Assembly (NCBI GenBank): GCA_002689245.1
Contig: NZFE01000023.1
Coordinates: 1-41,749 of the forward strand
Origin: Candidatus Pelagibacter sp.
Lineage (GTDB): Bacteria > Pseudomonadota > Alphaproteobacteria > Pelagibacterales > Pelagibacteraceae
Length of the DNA stretch: 41,749 nt
Reading direction: 5' to 3'
This document shows, one piece after another, positions 18,511-32,301 of this stretch; positions within the stretch are counted from its first letter, which is position 1; each line of letters starts with the position of its first letter. A model generated the notes under the pieces. It had not been told where the DNA came from. It did not search any database and saw only the letters and a program-made list of their open reading frames with translations. The translations under genes were made by a program, and so were the position numbers.

Positions 18511-18756
18511 TTATTTTGATGCAACTCTAGAAGCCCAGAATTTATCAAGAAAAAAATACCAAACTGTATTTGCAAGAGGTTCAACTATTGCATCTGTAAG
18601 CGCAATCATTAAGCTAACATCTGCAACTAGCATTAAAACCGTTATGGCTATTAAAAAATGACCTATAGTGTAAACGAGAGTTCTTACAAGTGAACCTTTA
18701 TTGTTTTCATAAACTTTTTTAATGGCGCCATGTATGCCCTGTGTGAACTCAGTCAT
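18511..18756 (-). CDS. Small membrane protein, DUF2061-like
   Basis: SLVRTLVYTIGH, two hydrophobic segments, EP..N..WY...DKFW; starts 1 bp after the katG stop. Confidence 0.7.
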   Translation of the reverse strand: MTEFTQGIHGAIKKVYENNKGSLVRTLVYTIGHFLIAITVLMLVADVSLMIALTDAIVEPLANTVWYFFLDKFWASRVASK

Positions 18757-18757
18757 A

Positions 18758-20973
<2,216 letters not shown>

Positions 20974-20983
20974 TAAAAGATAG

Positions 20984-21403
20984 CTATTTTTGAATTCTGA
21001 TTACAACTTCAAGATTTTTAATCTTTTTACCCTTTGGAGGAGTTGGAACTTTGCTTAATTTAATTTGGCTATAATGAATATCTGTAAGTTCTTTACTTCC
21101 CTCATCATAAAAATGGTGATGCGACTTAATGTTCGTGTCATAATAGCTTTTATTTTTACTAGTTAAAATTTCTTTTAAGTATCCTGCGTTAGTAAATGCT
21201 TCGACTGTATTATAGATTGTTGCTAGAGAAACTTTCGTAGCTCTATTTTTATTTATTTTTTTATTTAATGTCTCAACTGTAAAATGGAAAGTTTTATCTC
21301 TATCAAATAAGTATTGACAAATTTTTAATCGTTGTTTTGTCGGTCTAAGATTTGACGATCTTAGTTTTTTGACATACATTTTTAAATTATCACTGATAAT
21401 CAT
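20984..21403 (-). CDS. irr: Iron response regulator Irr (Fur family)
   Basis: [26 protein letters not shown] and PTPPKG motifs; divergent from fabA as in alphaproteobacteria. Confidence 0.88.
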   Translation of the reverse strand: MIISDNLKMYVKKLRSSNLRPTKQRLKICQYLFDRDKTFHFTVETLNKKINKNRATKVSLATIYNTVEAFTNAGYLKEILTSKNKSYYDTNIKSHHHFYDEGSKELTDIHYSQIKLSKVPTPPKGKKIKNLEVVIRIQK

Positions 21404-21479
21404 TGCTTTTGTTTACTTTATAATTCAGAACTATTTATATATAATTACTTACTTTAATCAAGTAAAACCATATTTTAAA

Positions 21480-21986
21480 ATGAAGCAAAAGAATAGTTAT
21501 AATTATCAAGATTTAATTGATTGCGGAAATGGTATTCTTTTTGGAGAAGGAAATGCAAAATTACCGCTACCTCCGATGCTCATGTTTGACAGAATTTCTA
21601 AAATTGAAAATAATACTGGGTCTTTCAAGCGAGGTTATTTAGAAGCAGAATTAGATATTAAAGATGATCTTTGGTTTTTTAAATGTCACTTTCAAAATGA
21701 TCCGGTAATGCCTGGGTGTCTTGGATTAGATGCTATGTGGCAATTGGTAGGTTTTTATCTTGGTTGGACTGGAGAACCTGGAAAAGGAAGAGCTTTAGGA
21801 GTAAGTACTGTTAAATTTACCGGGGAAGTGTTAAAAAAAATTAAGATGGCTACTTACAAAATAAATATAAAAAGAATTTTAAAAAAAGAGGGTGCTGTAG
21901 TAGGATTGGCTAACGGTACGTTAGATGCTGATGGAAAAGTAATTTATGTAGCAGAAAATTTGAAAGTAGGTTTGTTCAAATCATGA
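21480..21986 (+). CDS. fabA: 3-hydroxyacyl-ACP dehydratase/isomerase FabA
   Basis: [41 protein letters not shown]; ATG at 21480. Confidence 0.96.
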   Translation: MKQKNSYNYQDLIDCGNGILFGEGNAKLPLPPMLMFDRISKIENNTGSFKRGYLEAELDIKDDLWFFKCHFQNDPVMPGCLGLDAMWQLVGFYLGWTGEPGKGRALGVSTVKFTGEVLKKIKMATYKINIKRILKKEGAVVGLANGTLDADGKVIYVAENLKVGLFKS

Positions 21987-23194
21987 GAAAAGTAGTAATT
22001 TCAGGACTTGGGGTAGTTTCTTGTTTAGGAAATAATCAGGAGGAAGTTTATAAATCTTTATTAAATGCAAAATCAGGGATTACTTTTTCTGAAGAATATA
22101 AAGAATATAATCTCAAAAGTCACGTACATGGCAAACCAAACATTAAACTTGAAGATCATGTAGATAGAAAGTTTATAAGATTTATGGGCCCAGGATCAGC
22201 GTACAATTATATAGCTATGAAAGAAGCTGTTAAAGATTCTGGTTTGGATGAAAAAGATGTAAGTAATATTTCAACTGGAATGATTATGGGTTCAGGTGGC
22301 CCTTCAATTGAAAACGTAATTTTAGCTGCAGATAAAACTCGTGAAAAAAGTCCCAAAAGAATGGGGCCATTTGTTGTGCCCAGAACGATGTCTAGCACTG
22401 CATCTGCAACTTTAGCAGTTCCTTTCAAAATTAAAGGAGTTAATTATACAATTAGCTCCGCATGTGCAACTAGTGGACACTGTATTGGAAATGCAATGGA
22501 ACTTATACAATTAGGAAAACAAAAAATTGTTTTTGCTGGAGGAAGTGATGAAGTTCACTTTGCTATGACTGCAATGTTCGATGCTATGACTGCATTATCA
22601 TCTAAATATAATGACACACCAGAAAAAGCTTCTCGACCTTATGATAAAACTAGAGATGGTTTTGTTATTTCTGGTGGAGGTGGGGTTCTCGTTTTAGAAG
22701 AATATGAGCATGCAAAGGCAAGAGGAGCTAAAATTTATGCTGAGTTAACTGGTTATGGCGCGACATCTGATGGTTATGATATGGTAGCTCCTTCTGGTGA
22801 GGGTGCAGTAAGATGTATGCAAATGGCTTTAAGTACTTCTAAAAACAAAATTGACTACATTAATACTCATGGAACTTCTACTCCAGTTGGTGATATCACT
22901 GAATTAAAAGCTGTTGGAGAAGTATTTAAAGAATATAAACCTAAAATAAGTTCAACAAAATCTTTAGCAGGACATTCATTAGGTGCTACATCAGTTCATG
23001 AGGCTGTTTACTGCTTGATAATGATGAAAAATAAATTTATCGCAAGCTCCGCAAATATTAGTGATATGGATGAAGAGGCAAAAAAATATCCAATTGTTAC
23101 TAAAGTTGAAAAGGATATTGAACTAAATTCTGTAATGTCAAATAGTTTTGGTTTTGGTGGAACTAATGCAACTTTAGTTTTTGAAAAGGTATAA
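21983..23194 (+). CDS. fabB: Beta-ketoacyl-ACP synthase I
   Basis: ISSACATS (Cys), [31 protein letters not shown]. Confidence 0.95.
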   Translation: MRKVVISGLGVVSCLGNNQEEVYKSLLNAKSGITFSEEYKEYNLKSHVHGKPNIKLEDHVDRKFIRFMGPGSAYNYIAMKEAVKDSGLDEKDVSNISTGMIMGSGGPSIENVILAADKTREKSPKRMGPFVVPRTMSSTASATLAVPFKIKGVNYTISSACATSGHCIGNAMELIQLGKQKIVFAGGSDEVHFAMTAMFDAMTALSSKYNDTPEKASRPYDKTRDGFVISGGGGVLVLEEYEHAKARGAKIYAELTGYGATSDGYDMVAPSGEGAVRCMQMALSTSKNKIDYINTHGTSTPVGDITELKAVGEVFKEYKPKISSTKSLAGHSLGATSVHEAVYCLIMMKNKFIASSANISDMDEEAKKYPIVTKVEKDIELNSVMSNSFGFGGTNATLVFEKV

Positions 23195-23197
23195 TTT

Positions 23198-23984
23198 ATG
23201 GATTTAATGAAAGGTAAAAAAGGATTGATTATGGGAGTAGCAAATGAGCGATCAATTGCGTGGGGAATTTCTCAAAAACTTGCAGAAGCTGGGGCTGAAC
23301 TAGCTTTTACGTATTTGGGTGATGCATTAAAAAAGAGGGTAATACCTTTAGCAGAAAAACTTAATTCAAAGATTACTTTTAGTTGCGATGTAGAAAAAAA
23401 AGAGGAGGTCAAAATACTTTTTGAGGATATAAAATCAAAATGGGGTGAAATTGATTTTGTGGTTCATGCAGTAGCTTTCTCAGATAAATCAGAATTATCA
23501 GGTGAATATTTAAATACAACGAGAGAAAATTTTCTCAGAAGTATGCTAATTTCTTGCTTTTCTTTTACAGAAGTTTCAAAAAGAAGCTTCTAAAATAATG
23601 AAAAAAGGGGGTAGTCTATTAACCCTTACATATGAGTCTTCCAAAGCGATTCCGAATTATAATGTTATGGGAGTTTGTAAATCTGCTTTAGAGGCTAGTG
23701 TAAAGTATTTAGCAAGAGATCTTGGACAGAAAAAGATTAGAGTAAATGCTATAAGTGCTGGACCAATTAAAACGTTAGCTGCATCTGCAATAGGAGATGC
23801 AAAATTTTTATATAAGTGGAATGAGGATCATTCTTTTTTAAAAAGAAACGTTGATATTCATGATGTAGGTAATTCAGCGCTTTATTTAATTAGCGATTTG
23901 GCTAGTGGAGTCACAGGAGAAATACACTATGTTGACGCCGGATATAATAAAGTAGGGATGCCTAATCCAAAAAACATATCTTAA
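23198..23984 (+). CDS. fabI: Enoyl-ACP reductase FabI, split by a 1-bp insertion in the A-run at 23578-23582 (probably artefactual)
   Basis: GVANERSIAWGI, YNVMGVCKSALE, VNAISAGPIKT, TGEIHYVDAG; removing one A restores EVSKEASKIMKKGG. Confidence 0.94.
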
Positions 23985-24063
23985 CTTGCGAAAACTACAT
24001 TACTAAATTGCATAAATAGAAGCCCCAAAATAACTAAAAAAAGATTAGAAATAACAATTTAAA

Positions 24064-24579
24064 ATGAAAGATTTAAATAAAAAGGTTAGAGAAAAATTTG
24101 AAAACTTCTTTGATTGGATTAAAGGGGCTGAACTTGTTGAGCTTAAATCTTGTAATCCAGATGAGGATCCAATCAGACCGGAGCTTAACAATGATTTTAG
24201 AACTAGTCATGGACGAAAAATTTATGGAGTAAAATATAAAAATGAAATCTGTGCTATAATGTGCTTTGGCTTTACAAATGATATTCCAAAATCAGTTGAT
24301 GAATTAGACTTAATGACGAAAGACGCTCATTTACAAAGTATTAGAAGAGATCAAAAAGTAGGAAAAATAGCTATTGCATATACAGTTTGGTCAAAGAAAA
24401 AGGGCGGAGGAAAACTTATTGTTAAAGAAGTTTTTAAAAAAATTAAAAGATCTAACCATCTAAATAGATTGGTAACGCTCTCTCCTTTAACTGATATGGC
24501 TAGAAATTTTCATTTAAGAAACGGAGCAATCGAACTCCAAGTTAATAAAGAAACTCAAAATTTTGAGTATAAAATTTAA
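24064..24579 (+). CDS. Hypothetical GNAT-fold protein resembling a minimal malonyl-CoA decarboxylase catalytic domain
   Basis: 171-aa ORF filling the fabI-pnp gap; AIAYTVWS, GGGKLIV, VTLSP and ARNFHLRNGA motifs (CDS secure, function inferred). Confidence 0.75.
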   Translation: MKDLNKKVREKFENFFDWIKGAELVELKSCNPDEDPIRPELNNDFRTSHGRKIYGVKYKNEICAIMCFGFTNDIPKSVDELDLMTKDAHLQSIRRDQKVGKIAIAYTVWSKKKGGGKLIVKEVFKKIKRSNHLNRLVTLSPLTDMARNFHLRNGAIELQVNKETQNFEYKI

Positions 24580-24584
24580 ATTTA

Positions 24585-26657
24585 TTAAGCTACGGCTTGT
24601 TTAATTGAAAGTTTAACTTTACCTCTATCAAAACCAAGAACTTTTACGGATACTTCATCACCTTCTTTAACAACATCAGACACCTTGGCTACTCTTTTGC
24701 CTGCTAGTTCAGAGATGTGAACTAGACCATCCTGTTTACCTAGAAAATTAACAAAAGCACCAAACTCCATAATTTTTACCACTTTACCTTTGTAAATTTT
24801 CCCTACTTCCGGTTTTGCTATTAGAGACTTAATAATCTCAATAGCTGTATTTCTTGATTTTTCATCTGGTGCCGCTACAGTAACCTCTCCAGTGTCTTTA
24901 ACGTCTACCTTTGCTCCAGATTTTTCTACTATTTCTCGGATGGTTGCCCCACCTTTTCCAATAACTGTTGCTATGTCTTTTTTATCAACCTTAATTGTTT
25001 CCATTTTTGGAGTGTGTTTAGAAAATTCTTTTCTTGATGTCTTTATCGCTTTATTCATTTCGTCTAAAATATGCTTTCTACCGGCTTTAGCTTGATTTAA
25101 AGCTTTTTCCATTATCTCAAAGGTAATTCCTGTAATTTTAATATCCATTTGTAATGATGTGATTCCATCTTTGGTTCCAGCAACTTTAAAATCCATGTCT
25201 CCTAGATGATCTTCATCACCCAAAATATCTGATAAAACTGAAAATTTTTCACCTTCTTTAATCAAACCCATTGCTATACCAGCAACTGGTTCTTTAATTG
25301 GCACACCTGCGTCCATCAGAGATAACGAAGTTCCACATACAGTTGCCATTGAAGATGATCCATTCGACTCTGTTATTTCTGAAACTACTCTTAAAGTATA
25401 TGGAAAATTTTCTTTCAAAGGTAATGACGAGTTAATAGCTCTCCAAGCTAATTTACCGTGACCTATTTCTCTCCTACCTGTTCCTATTCTTCCACACTCA
25501 CCTACAGAGAAAGGTGGAAAATTATAGTGAAGCATAAAGCTTGATCTATGCATACCATCTAGACTCTCTAGTCTTTGTTCATCATCTGTCATACCCAATG
25601 TTGTAACAACTAATGCTTGTGTTTCTCCCCTTGTGAATAGTGCTGAACCATGTGTTCTTGGTAAGACACCTACTTCACACTCAATTTTTCTAACATCAGC
25701 AAGTCCTCTTCCATCGATTCTTTTTTTGTCTTTTAAGATTGCTGTTCTTACAATATCTTTTTCAAGGGATTTTAATTGTGCCATTGCTTGATGCTCTGTA
25801 ATGCTTTCTTCCTCTTTAAACATTTCTTTACATCTAGTATCAATTTCTGAAATTGCTGTAGATCTTTTTTTCTTATCTACCTCTTTAAAAGCTTTTCGAA
25901 GGTCTGTTTCAAATTCTTTTGTTATTTTTTTCTTAAGTTCAGAGTTGTCAACTTCTTCAATTTCCCATTTCGGTTTAGCTGCTTTTTTTGCTAACTTTTC
26001 AATTAAGTTGATGATTGGAATGAAGTTTTCATGTCCAAATTTTACCGCATCTAACATTATTTTTTCTGATAACCCCGAAGTCTCAGACTCTACCATTAAA
26101 ACTGCATCTTTAGTTCCAGCAACAACTAGATCTAGTTCTGAAGTTTTTAACTCTTCTTGGGATGGATTTAGTAAATATTTTCCGTCTTTAAATCCAACTC
26201 TACTTGCAGCTATTGGCCCTTGAAAAGGGAGACCAGATATTGATAGGGCGGCTGATGAAGCAATAATTGAGAGTATATCTGGTTGGTTTTCACCATCGTA
26301 AGATAATACAGTGGGTAATAATTGCACCTCGTTCATAAAATTAGAGGGAAATAAAGGCCTAATGGGTCTATCAATTAATCTGGAAATTAAAGTTTCAGCT
26401 TCGGTTGGTCTAGCTTCTCTTTTAAAATAACCTCCAGGTATTTTCCCAGCAGCATAATACTTTTCTTGATAATTAACAGATAAAGGAAAATAGTCTTGTC
26501 CTTCATTAAGTTTTTTTGCTCCTACAACTGTTGCAATTACAACTGTTTCACCTAATTTCGCTATTATTGCTCCATCAGCTTGTCTTGCAACTTTACCAGT
26601 TTCTAAAACTAATTTTTTTCCTCCGAAATCTATTTCTTCCTTTTGAATTTTAAACAT
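24585..26657 (-). CDS. pnp: Polyribonucleotide nucleotidyltransferase
   Basis: [45 protein letters not shown] and S1 domains. Confidence 0.98.
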   Translation of the reverse strand: MFKIQKEEIDFGGKKLVLETGKVARQADGAIIAKLGETVVIATVVGAKKLNEGQDYFPLSVNYQEKYYAAGKIPGGYFKREARPTEAETLISRLIDRPIRPLFPSNFMNEVQLLPTVLSYDGENQPDILSIIASSAALSISGLPFQGPIAASRVGFKDGKYLLNPSQEELKTSELDLVVAGTKDAVLMVESETSGLSEKIMLDAVKFGHENFIPIINLIEKLAKKAAKPKWEIEEVDNSELKKKITKEFETDLRKAFKEVDKKKRSTAISEIDTRCKEMFKEEESITEHQAMAQLKSLEKDIVRTAILKDKKRIDGRGLADVRKIECEVGVLPRTHGSALFTRGETQALVVTTLGMTDDEQRLESLDGMHRSSFMLHYNFPPFSVGECGRIGTGRREIGHGKLAWRAINSSLPLKENFPYTLRVVSEITESNGSSSMATVCGTSLSLMDAGVPIKEPVAGIAMGLIKEGEKFSVLSDILGDEDHLGDMDFKVAGTKDGITSLQMDIKITGITFEIMEKALNQAKAGRKHILDEMNKAIKTSRKEFSKHTPKMETIKVDKKDIATVIGKGGATIREIVEKSGAKVDVKDTGEVTVAAPDEKSRNTAIEIIKSLIAKPEVGKIYKGKVVKIMEFGAFVNFLGKQDGLVHISELAGKRVAKVSDVVKEGDEVSVKVLGFDRGKVKLSIKQAVA

Positions 26658-26917
26658 TATTTTCTTAGACTTAATTGTTTTATAATTTTTTCATATGAGT
26701 CAGGTTTTTTTCTCTTAAGATAACTCAATAGTTTTTTTCTCTTATTTACTGACTTTGATAAACCTATAGTAGAGTGCTTGTCTTTTTTAAATTTTTTAAA
26801 ATGCACTGCTAATTTTTCAATCTTACTGCTCAGTAAACCAATTTGTATCTCAGCAGAGCCAACATCAGACTTGTTTATTGCAAGTGACTTAATTATATCT
26901 TTTTTTGTTTGTTTCAT
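26657..26917 (-). CDS. rpsO: 30S ribosomal protein S15
   Basis: [36 protein letters not shown]; upstream of pnp. Confidence 0.92.
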   Translation of the reverse strand: MKQTKKDIIKSLAINKSDVGSAEIQIGLLSSKIEKLAVHFKKFKKDKHSTIGLSKSVNKRKKLLSYLKRKKPDSYEKIIKQLSLRK

Positions 26918-27290
26918 CTTTTTTATTTTCTTTGATCAACCTTTCTATTTTTTCTGCATATTCGAAAGATCTATCTTCAATAAAGTTGAGTTTTGGAAGA
27001 AACTTTAAACTTAGCTTTTTTGATAATGCTTTTCTAACAAGATGAGCGTTATCAGTCAATACACCTACGATTTCTTTCATATCTATTCCACCTAGTGGTA
27101 TCACATAAACTCTAGCAGTTTTCAAGTCTGGGGTCATTCTTACTTCTGTTACCGTTATAAATCGGGAATTAAATGACGATATCTTTGTCTCATTTTTAAT
27201 GAATATTTCACCAATACTTTGTTTAACCAACTCTCCTACTCTCAGTTGCCTTTGTGAGTATCCTTTATTAGAAAAATTACTATTAATCAT
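26889..27290 (-). CDS. rbfA: Ribosome-binding factor A
   Basis: QRQLRVGE, TVTEVRMTPDLKTARVYV, LKFLPKLNFIEDRSF. Confidence 0.95.
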   Translation of the reverse strand: MINSNFSNKGYSQRQLRVGELVKQSIGEIFIKNETKISSFNSRFITVTEVRMTPDLKTARVYVIPLGGIDMKEIVGVLTDNAHLVRKALSKKLSLKFLPKLNFIEDRSFEYAEKIERLIKENKKDETNKKRYN

Positions 27291-29482
27291 ATAGTTCTCT
27301 CTATTTTTTGTATCTGATAAGACTCTATTATATCTTTTTCTTTAAAATCTATAAAATCTCTCAAACTTATTCCACATTCCAAGCCGTTTTTAACTTCTTT
27401 AACTGCATTTTTTTCTCTAAAAATACTTATAATTTCACCGTCATAAACAACTGTGCCATCTCTAACTATTCTTGCCTTAGATTTATTTTGTATTTCGCCA
27501 TCTATTACTTTAGATCCAGCAATTTGTCCAAATTTTGAAACTTTAAATATTTTTTGTACCTCTGCAGAGCCAAGTGAAATTTCTTTTGTATCTGGCTCCA
27601 ATAGTCCTGAAAGTCTTTTTTCGATATATTCAATAGCCTCGTATATAATATTAAAATATTTTATTTCGATTTTTTGCTCTTCAGATATTTTTTTTGCCTC
27701 TCTGTTTGCCTTTACATTAAATCCTATAAGTACAGCTTTTGAAGCTTTAGCTAGAGAAATATCTGTCTCATTAATCATACCAATTTCTGACAAAATAATT
27801 TTTGGTTTTACTTCAGGATGTTCTATTTTTTCAATCGACATTTTAAGTGCCTCACTAGAACCATGGACATCAGATTTTATAATAACATTTAATTCCTCTA
27901 CTTCTTCGCCTTTATCAAATATTGCAGATTTGTCATTTATCATAATCTTATTTTTAGATGAATTTTCATTTTTAAATTCTGAAATTTCTTTAGCTTTATC
28001 CTCGTTGTCGGTTACCAAAAACTCAGCGCCTGAAAATACCGTGTCATTCATCCCTAGAATTTCAACAGGCATAGATGGATAAGCTTCATTAACTAAGACT
28101 CCGTCATGATTAATCATAGCTCTAATTTTTCCCCAAGTTTTGCCGCACGCGAAGTAATCACCTTTTTTAAGAGTTCCATTAGAAACTAAAATTGTTGATA
28201 CAGGTCCTTTTCCTTTATCAATTTTTGACTCTATCACTATGCCAGTAGCTTTATCTGATACAGACGCCTTTAAATCTAAAATTTCTGATTGTAAGAGTAT
28301 ACTTTCTTTTAGTTTTTCTAAATTCATTTTTTTTGTAGCTGACACCTCAACAAATAATGTATCGCCACTTAGATCTTCAGCTACTAATTCGTACCTCATT
28401 AAATCATTTTTTATTTTTGAAATATTTTTATTAGGTAAATCAGATTTGTTTATTGCTACAATTATAGGAACTTTTGCTGCTTTAGCGTGATTTATAGCTT
28501 CTATTGTTTGCGGTTTGATTCCATCGTCTGCTGCCACAACTAAAACTACAATATCGGTAATCTTAGAACCTCTAGCTCTCATTTCTGTGAAGGCTGCGTG
28601 TCCAGGAGTATCGATAAAAGTTATGAACTGGTTGTCATTTGCTTTGACTTGGTAAGCCCCAATATGTTGGGTGATACCACCAAATTCATCAGAAACAACA
28701 TTCGTTTGTCTTAATGCATCCAGAAGTGAAGTTTTTCCGTGATCAACATGGCCCATTATAGTAACAACCGGAGGCCTCTTCTCAATTTTTCCACTCATTA
28801 ATTTATTCTTATTGATTTCCTCAGGTTGAGAATTTTCTATTATCGCTTTGTGTCCAAATTCTTTAACGATATATTCTGCAGTATCCTTATCTATAGTATG
28901 ATTGATAGTTGCAATTACTTTCATATTTAATAAAAATTTAATAATATCATTAGATTTTTCTGCCATCCGGTTAGATAATTCTTGAATAGTAATTTGCTCA
29001 GGAATTTTAACTTCTCTTATAACTTTTTTATATTCTTTCTTTTCATCTGAGTCTGGATTGATTTTTTTTTCTTTTAATCTAGCTCTTTTTACTGCAGCAA
29101 GGCTTCGTTGTTTAATTTCAATCTCTTCTACATTAAGCGCCCTTGAGACTGTAAGTTTAAAATCTCTTTTATCTATTGGAGTTTTTAGCTTTAATTTACT
29201 TTTTCCTGTTGGTTTTTCATCTTTCTTAACAAATGCTTTGGTTGCTTGCTGTTCAACGAATTTTCTAGTAAATTTTTTATTTTTACTTCCTTGATTTTTG
29301 AAGTTTTGATCAGAAGAGTTATTTCTTCTGGTATTTTTGGGTGTCTTAAATAAATTTTTTTTATCACTATTAATAGAATAGGTTTTAATATTTTCTTTTT
29401 TTGAAAGAGAGCTTGTGTCAATTTTTTTTTTTAAGTTTGACGAAATTGTTAACGTTTTTTTTTTTTCTTTTTCCTTGTCCAT
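27287..29482 (-). CDS. infB: Translation initiation factor IF-2
   Basis: [42 protein letters not shown]. Confidence 0.98.
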   Translation of the reverse strand: MDKEKEKKKTLTISSNLKKKIDTSSLSKKENIKTYSINSDKKNLFKTPKNTRRNNSSDQNFKNQGSKNKKFTRKFVEQQATKAFVKKDEKPTGKSKLKLKTPIDKRDFKLTVSRALNVEEIEIKQRSLAAVKRARLKEKKINPDSDEKKEYKKVIREVKIPEQITIQELSNRMAEKSNDIIKFLLNMKVIATINHTIDKDTAEYIVKEFGHKAIIENSQPEEINKNKLMSGKIEKRPPVVTIMGHVDHGKTSLLDALRQTNVVSDEFGGITQHIGAYQVKANDNQFITFIDTPGHAAFTEMRARGSKITDIVVLVVAADDGIKPQTIEAINHAKAAKVPIIVAINKSDLPNKNISKIKNDLMRYELVAEDLSGDTLFVEVSATKKMNLEKLKESILLQSEILDLKASVSDKATGIVIESKIDKGKGPVSTILVSNGTLKKGDYFACGKTWGKIRAMINHDGVLVNEAYPSMPVEILGMNDTVFSGAEFLVTDNEDKAKEISEFKNENSSKNKIMINDKSAIFDKGEEVEELNVIIKSDVHGSSEALKMSIEKIEHPEVKPKIILSEIGMINETDISLAKASKAVLIGFNVKANREAKKISEEQKIEIKYFNIIYEAIEYIEKRLSGLLEPDTKEISLGSAEVQKIFKVSKFGQIAGSKVIDGEIQNKSKARIVRDGTVVYDGEIISIFREKNAVKEVKNGLECGISLRDFIDFKEKDIIESYQIQKIERTI

Positions 29483-29484
29483 AA

Positions 29485-31038
29485 TTATTTGTATATTATA
29501 TCTCTAGCAGACATTATTAATTGATCTGCTTCCTCTCTTGTTAAAGAAAATTCTTCCAAGTAGCCTTGGAGCCTTATTTTTTTACCTTTTATTTCGTCAA
29601 ATCCACCTACTAATTCATCAGTCGACAAATCTGCAAAATCAGACAATTTTTTAATATTTTTTTGACCTAATATCACTAACATACCCTGGGTCATTCCTTT
29701 TAAATTAATAAGTTTATCTTCAACTCCTAATTCTATCAGTCTTTTTCCAACCTCTTCTTTTAATTTTATTAAACTATCTTTAGATCTTGTTATAAGTTCT
29801 TTGGCTGTGTCTTCATCTATTGCTTCTATTTTCGAAATATCTTCAAATTTTGCTTGGGATATTTCTTCAATACTTTGAAATCCTTCAGAAACTAAAAGCT
29901 GTCCCAATGTTTCATCGACTTCTAAATTTTTAATAAGCGCTTCAGTTTTATCTTTGAATTCAGCTTGTCTTCTTTCTGAGTCCTCTTTGTCAGTAAGAAT
30001 ATCAATTTCAAAATTAGTTAGCTTAGAGGCTAATCTTACATTCTGGCCTCTTCTTCCTATAGCTTTGCTTAGATTTTCTTCACTGAGAATAACATCAATT
30101 TTTTTATTAGATTGATCTATTAAAACTCTTTGAATTTCAGCGGGAGACAATGATTCTGAGATAAGAGTTGGTAAATCTTCAGTCCATTTTATAATATCAA
30201 TTTTCTCACCATGTAATTCGTTTACAATTGTTTGAACTCTACTTCCTCTCATTCCAACACAGGCTCCAACAGGATCGATCGAAGTATCTTTTGAATAAAC
30301 ACAAATCTTAGCTCTACTTCCTGGGTCCCTTGCAACTGATTTTATCTCTATAATTCCCTCATATATTTCAGGAACTTCTTGAAAAAATAACTTTGCAAGA
30401 AATTGGGGGTGGGCTCTTGATAAAAATATTTGATGACCTTTTAGCTCTTTTTTTACTTCGTAACAATACGCCTTAACTCTTTCACCTGTTTTTAATACTT
30501 CTCTAGGGATAAGCTCGTCTTTTTTTATAACTCCTTCAGCTTTTCCTAGGTCAACTATTGCGTTCCCATATTCTAATCTTTTAATTATACCGCTTAATAT
30601 TAGCCCTTGCTTATCTATAAAGTCTTCATACTGTCTATTTTTTTCTGCTTCTCTAACTTTTGAATTTATGACTTGTTTGGCACTTTGAGCAGCTATTCTT
30701 CCAAAGTCAATTTGTGGTAGATCCTCGTATATTTTATCTCCAACTTTTAGAGGTTCAGATCTATTCTTATTAACGGAGTTAGCATCTTTAAGTGTTATTT
30801 CTCGACTGGGATCTTCTACTGTCTCAACAACATCTACGACTTTTTGTATGCTTATATTTCCAGTCTCTCTATCAATCTTTACAAGAATGTTATTATTTTG
30901 ACCGAATTTAGTTAGAGCAGCCTTTTGTATTGCACTTTCCATTGAGCCAATAACAATATCTTTGTCTATTGATTTCTCATTTGCTACTGCATCAACAATT
31001 CTTAACAATTCAAGTTTATCTAGTCCTCTATTCAACAT
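29485..31038 (-). CDS. nusA: Transcription termination/antitermination factor NusA
   Basis: FGRIAAQSAKQ, ARDPGSRAK, IDPVGACVG, AIGRRGQNVRLA; ATG at 31038 with AGGAG 7 nt upstream. Confidence 0.97.
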   Translation of the reverse strand: MLNRGLDKLELLRIVDAVANEKSIDKDIVIGSMESAIQKAALTKFGQNNNILVKIDRETGNISIQKVVDVVETVEDPSREITLKDANSVNKNRSEPLKVGDKIYEDLPQIDFGRIAAQSAKQVINSKVREAEKNRQYEDFIDKQGLILSGIIKRLEYGNAIVDLGKAEGVIKKDELIPREVLKTGERVKAYCYEVKKELKGHQIFLSRAHPQFLAKLFFQEVPEIYEGIIEIKSVARDPGSRAKICVYSKDTSIDPVGACVGMRGSRVQTIVNELHGEKIDIIKWTEDLPTLISESLSPAEIQRVLIDQSNKKIDVILSEENLSKAIGRRGQNVRLASKLTNFEIDILTDKEDSERRQAEFKDKTEALIKNLEVDETLGQLLVSEGFQSIEEISQAKFEDISKIEAIDEDTAKELITRSKDSLIKLKEEVGKRLIELGVEDKLINLKGMTQGMLVILGQKNIKKLSDFADLSTDELVGGFDEIKGKKIRLQGYLEEFSLTREEADQLIMSARDIIYK

Positions 31039-31050
31039 TTTTAATCTCCT

Positions 31051-31078
31051 AAAAAAAAAATGGGCTAGTGCCCATTTT
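31051..31078 (-). terminator. Intrinsic terminator/attenuator immediately upstream of the nusA RBS
   Basis: Minus strand AAAATGGGC-ACTA-GCCCA followed by T10, then AGGAG. Confidence 0.75.
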
Positions 31079-31131
31079 GAAGTTTTGAAAAATTTCACTA
31101 TTAATAAAGAAAAATTAAGGTTTTTTCAAGA

Positions 31132-32301
31132 TTACACCTTTTTAAAAAGTGAGGTTTTATCAGTTTTTTCCCAAGAAAATTCACCTTTATCGGTTGGTTT
31201 TCTCCCAAAGTGTCCATAAGATGATGTTATTTCATATATCGGCTTATTAAGCCTCAATAATTCCCTTATTCCTCTAGGAGATAAATCGAAATTATTTTTT
31301 ATAATTTTTTCTACCTCTGCAATTTTTCCTTGGTCTTTTTCTCCTAATTTTACGTATATTGAAAGTGGTTTTGAAACTCCTATTGCATAGGATAGCTGGA
31401 TCAAACATTTATCAGTTAAACCTGAGGCAACAACATTTTTTGCTAAATATCTAGAAACATAGGCTGCGGATCGATCAACTTTTGTAGGGTCTTTACCAGA
31501 AAATGCTCCTCCTCCATGTGGAGCGGCTCCTCCATAAGTGTCTACAATTATTTTTCTACCAGTGAGACCAGTATCTCCATCGGGGCCACCAATAACAAAT
31601 TGTCCTGTGGGATTTATATAAATTTCTGTTTTTTTAAGATCTGTTAATAATTCTTTAGGAATAGATTTGTTTATATAAGGAAGAATTATTTCTCTCACTT
31701 TTTCCTGATTGAGTTCTTTTGAATGCTGAGTTGATATTACAACTGAAGTCACTTTTTTAGGTTTTCCGTTTTCGTACTCCATGGTTACTTGACTTTTTGA
31801 GTCAGGTTCTATCCCTATTAAAGTACCAGATTTTCTATCTTGAGCCATTAACCTCAAAATTTTATGTGAATAAAATATCGGTGCTGGCATTAAATCTTCT
31901 GTTTCGCTGCATGCGTATCCAAACATAATTCCTTGATCTCCCGCTCCTTCATCTTTGTTATCTTTAGAATCGACTCCCATTGCTATATCCGTCGATTGTT
32001 CGTGAAGATGAGACTCGATTTTGGTTTGCTCTTTCCAAGAAAATCCTTCTTGGTCATAGCCTATGTCTTTAATACAATTTCTTACTTTTTCAATAATTTA
32101 ATTTTTATTAATGTTAGGTCCGCGAATTTCACCTGCAAGTATAACTTTATTTGTTGTTGTCAATGTTTCGCAAGCTACTCGAGAAAATGGATCTTTAGAC
32201 AAATAACTATCAACTACCATATCTGAAATCCTGTCACACACTTTGTCAGGATGGCCTTCTGATACTGACTCACTTGTAAATAAATATTTTTTTTCAGTCA
32301 T
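31132..32301 (-). CDS. metK: S-adenosylmethionine synthetase, interrupted by an in-frame TAA at 32100-32098
   Basis: [41 protein letters not shown]; both ORF-track pieces are in one frame ([19 protein letters not shown]). Confidence 0.95.

Noticed and set aside
21424-21440. Second Irr box upstream of irr (TTCAGAA-CTA-TTTATAT)
   Set aside because: Only one half-site matches; too degenerate for AT-rich DNA
27453-28082. Antisense ORFs (209 aa opposite infB, 140 aa opposite pnp, and other 60-110 aa ORFs)
   Set aside because: Shadow frames of conserved genes, Ser/Ile/Phe-rich with no motifs
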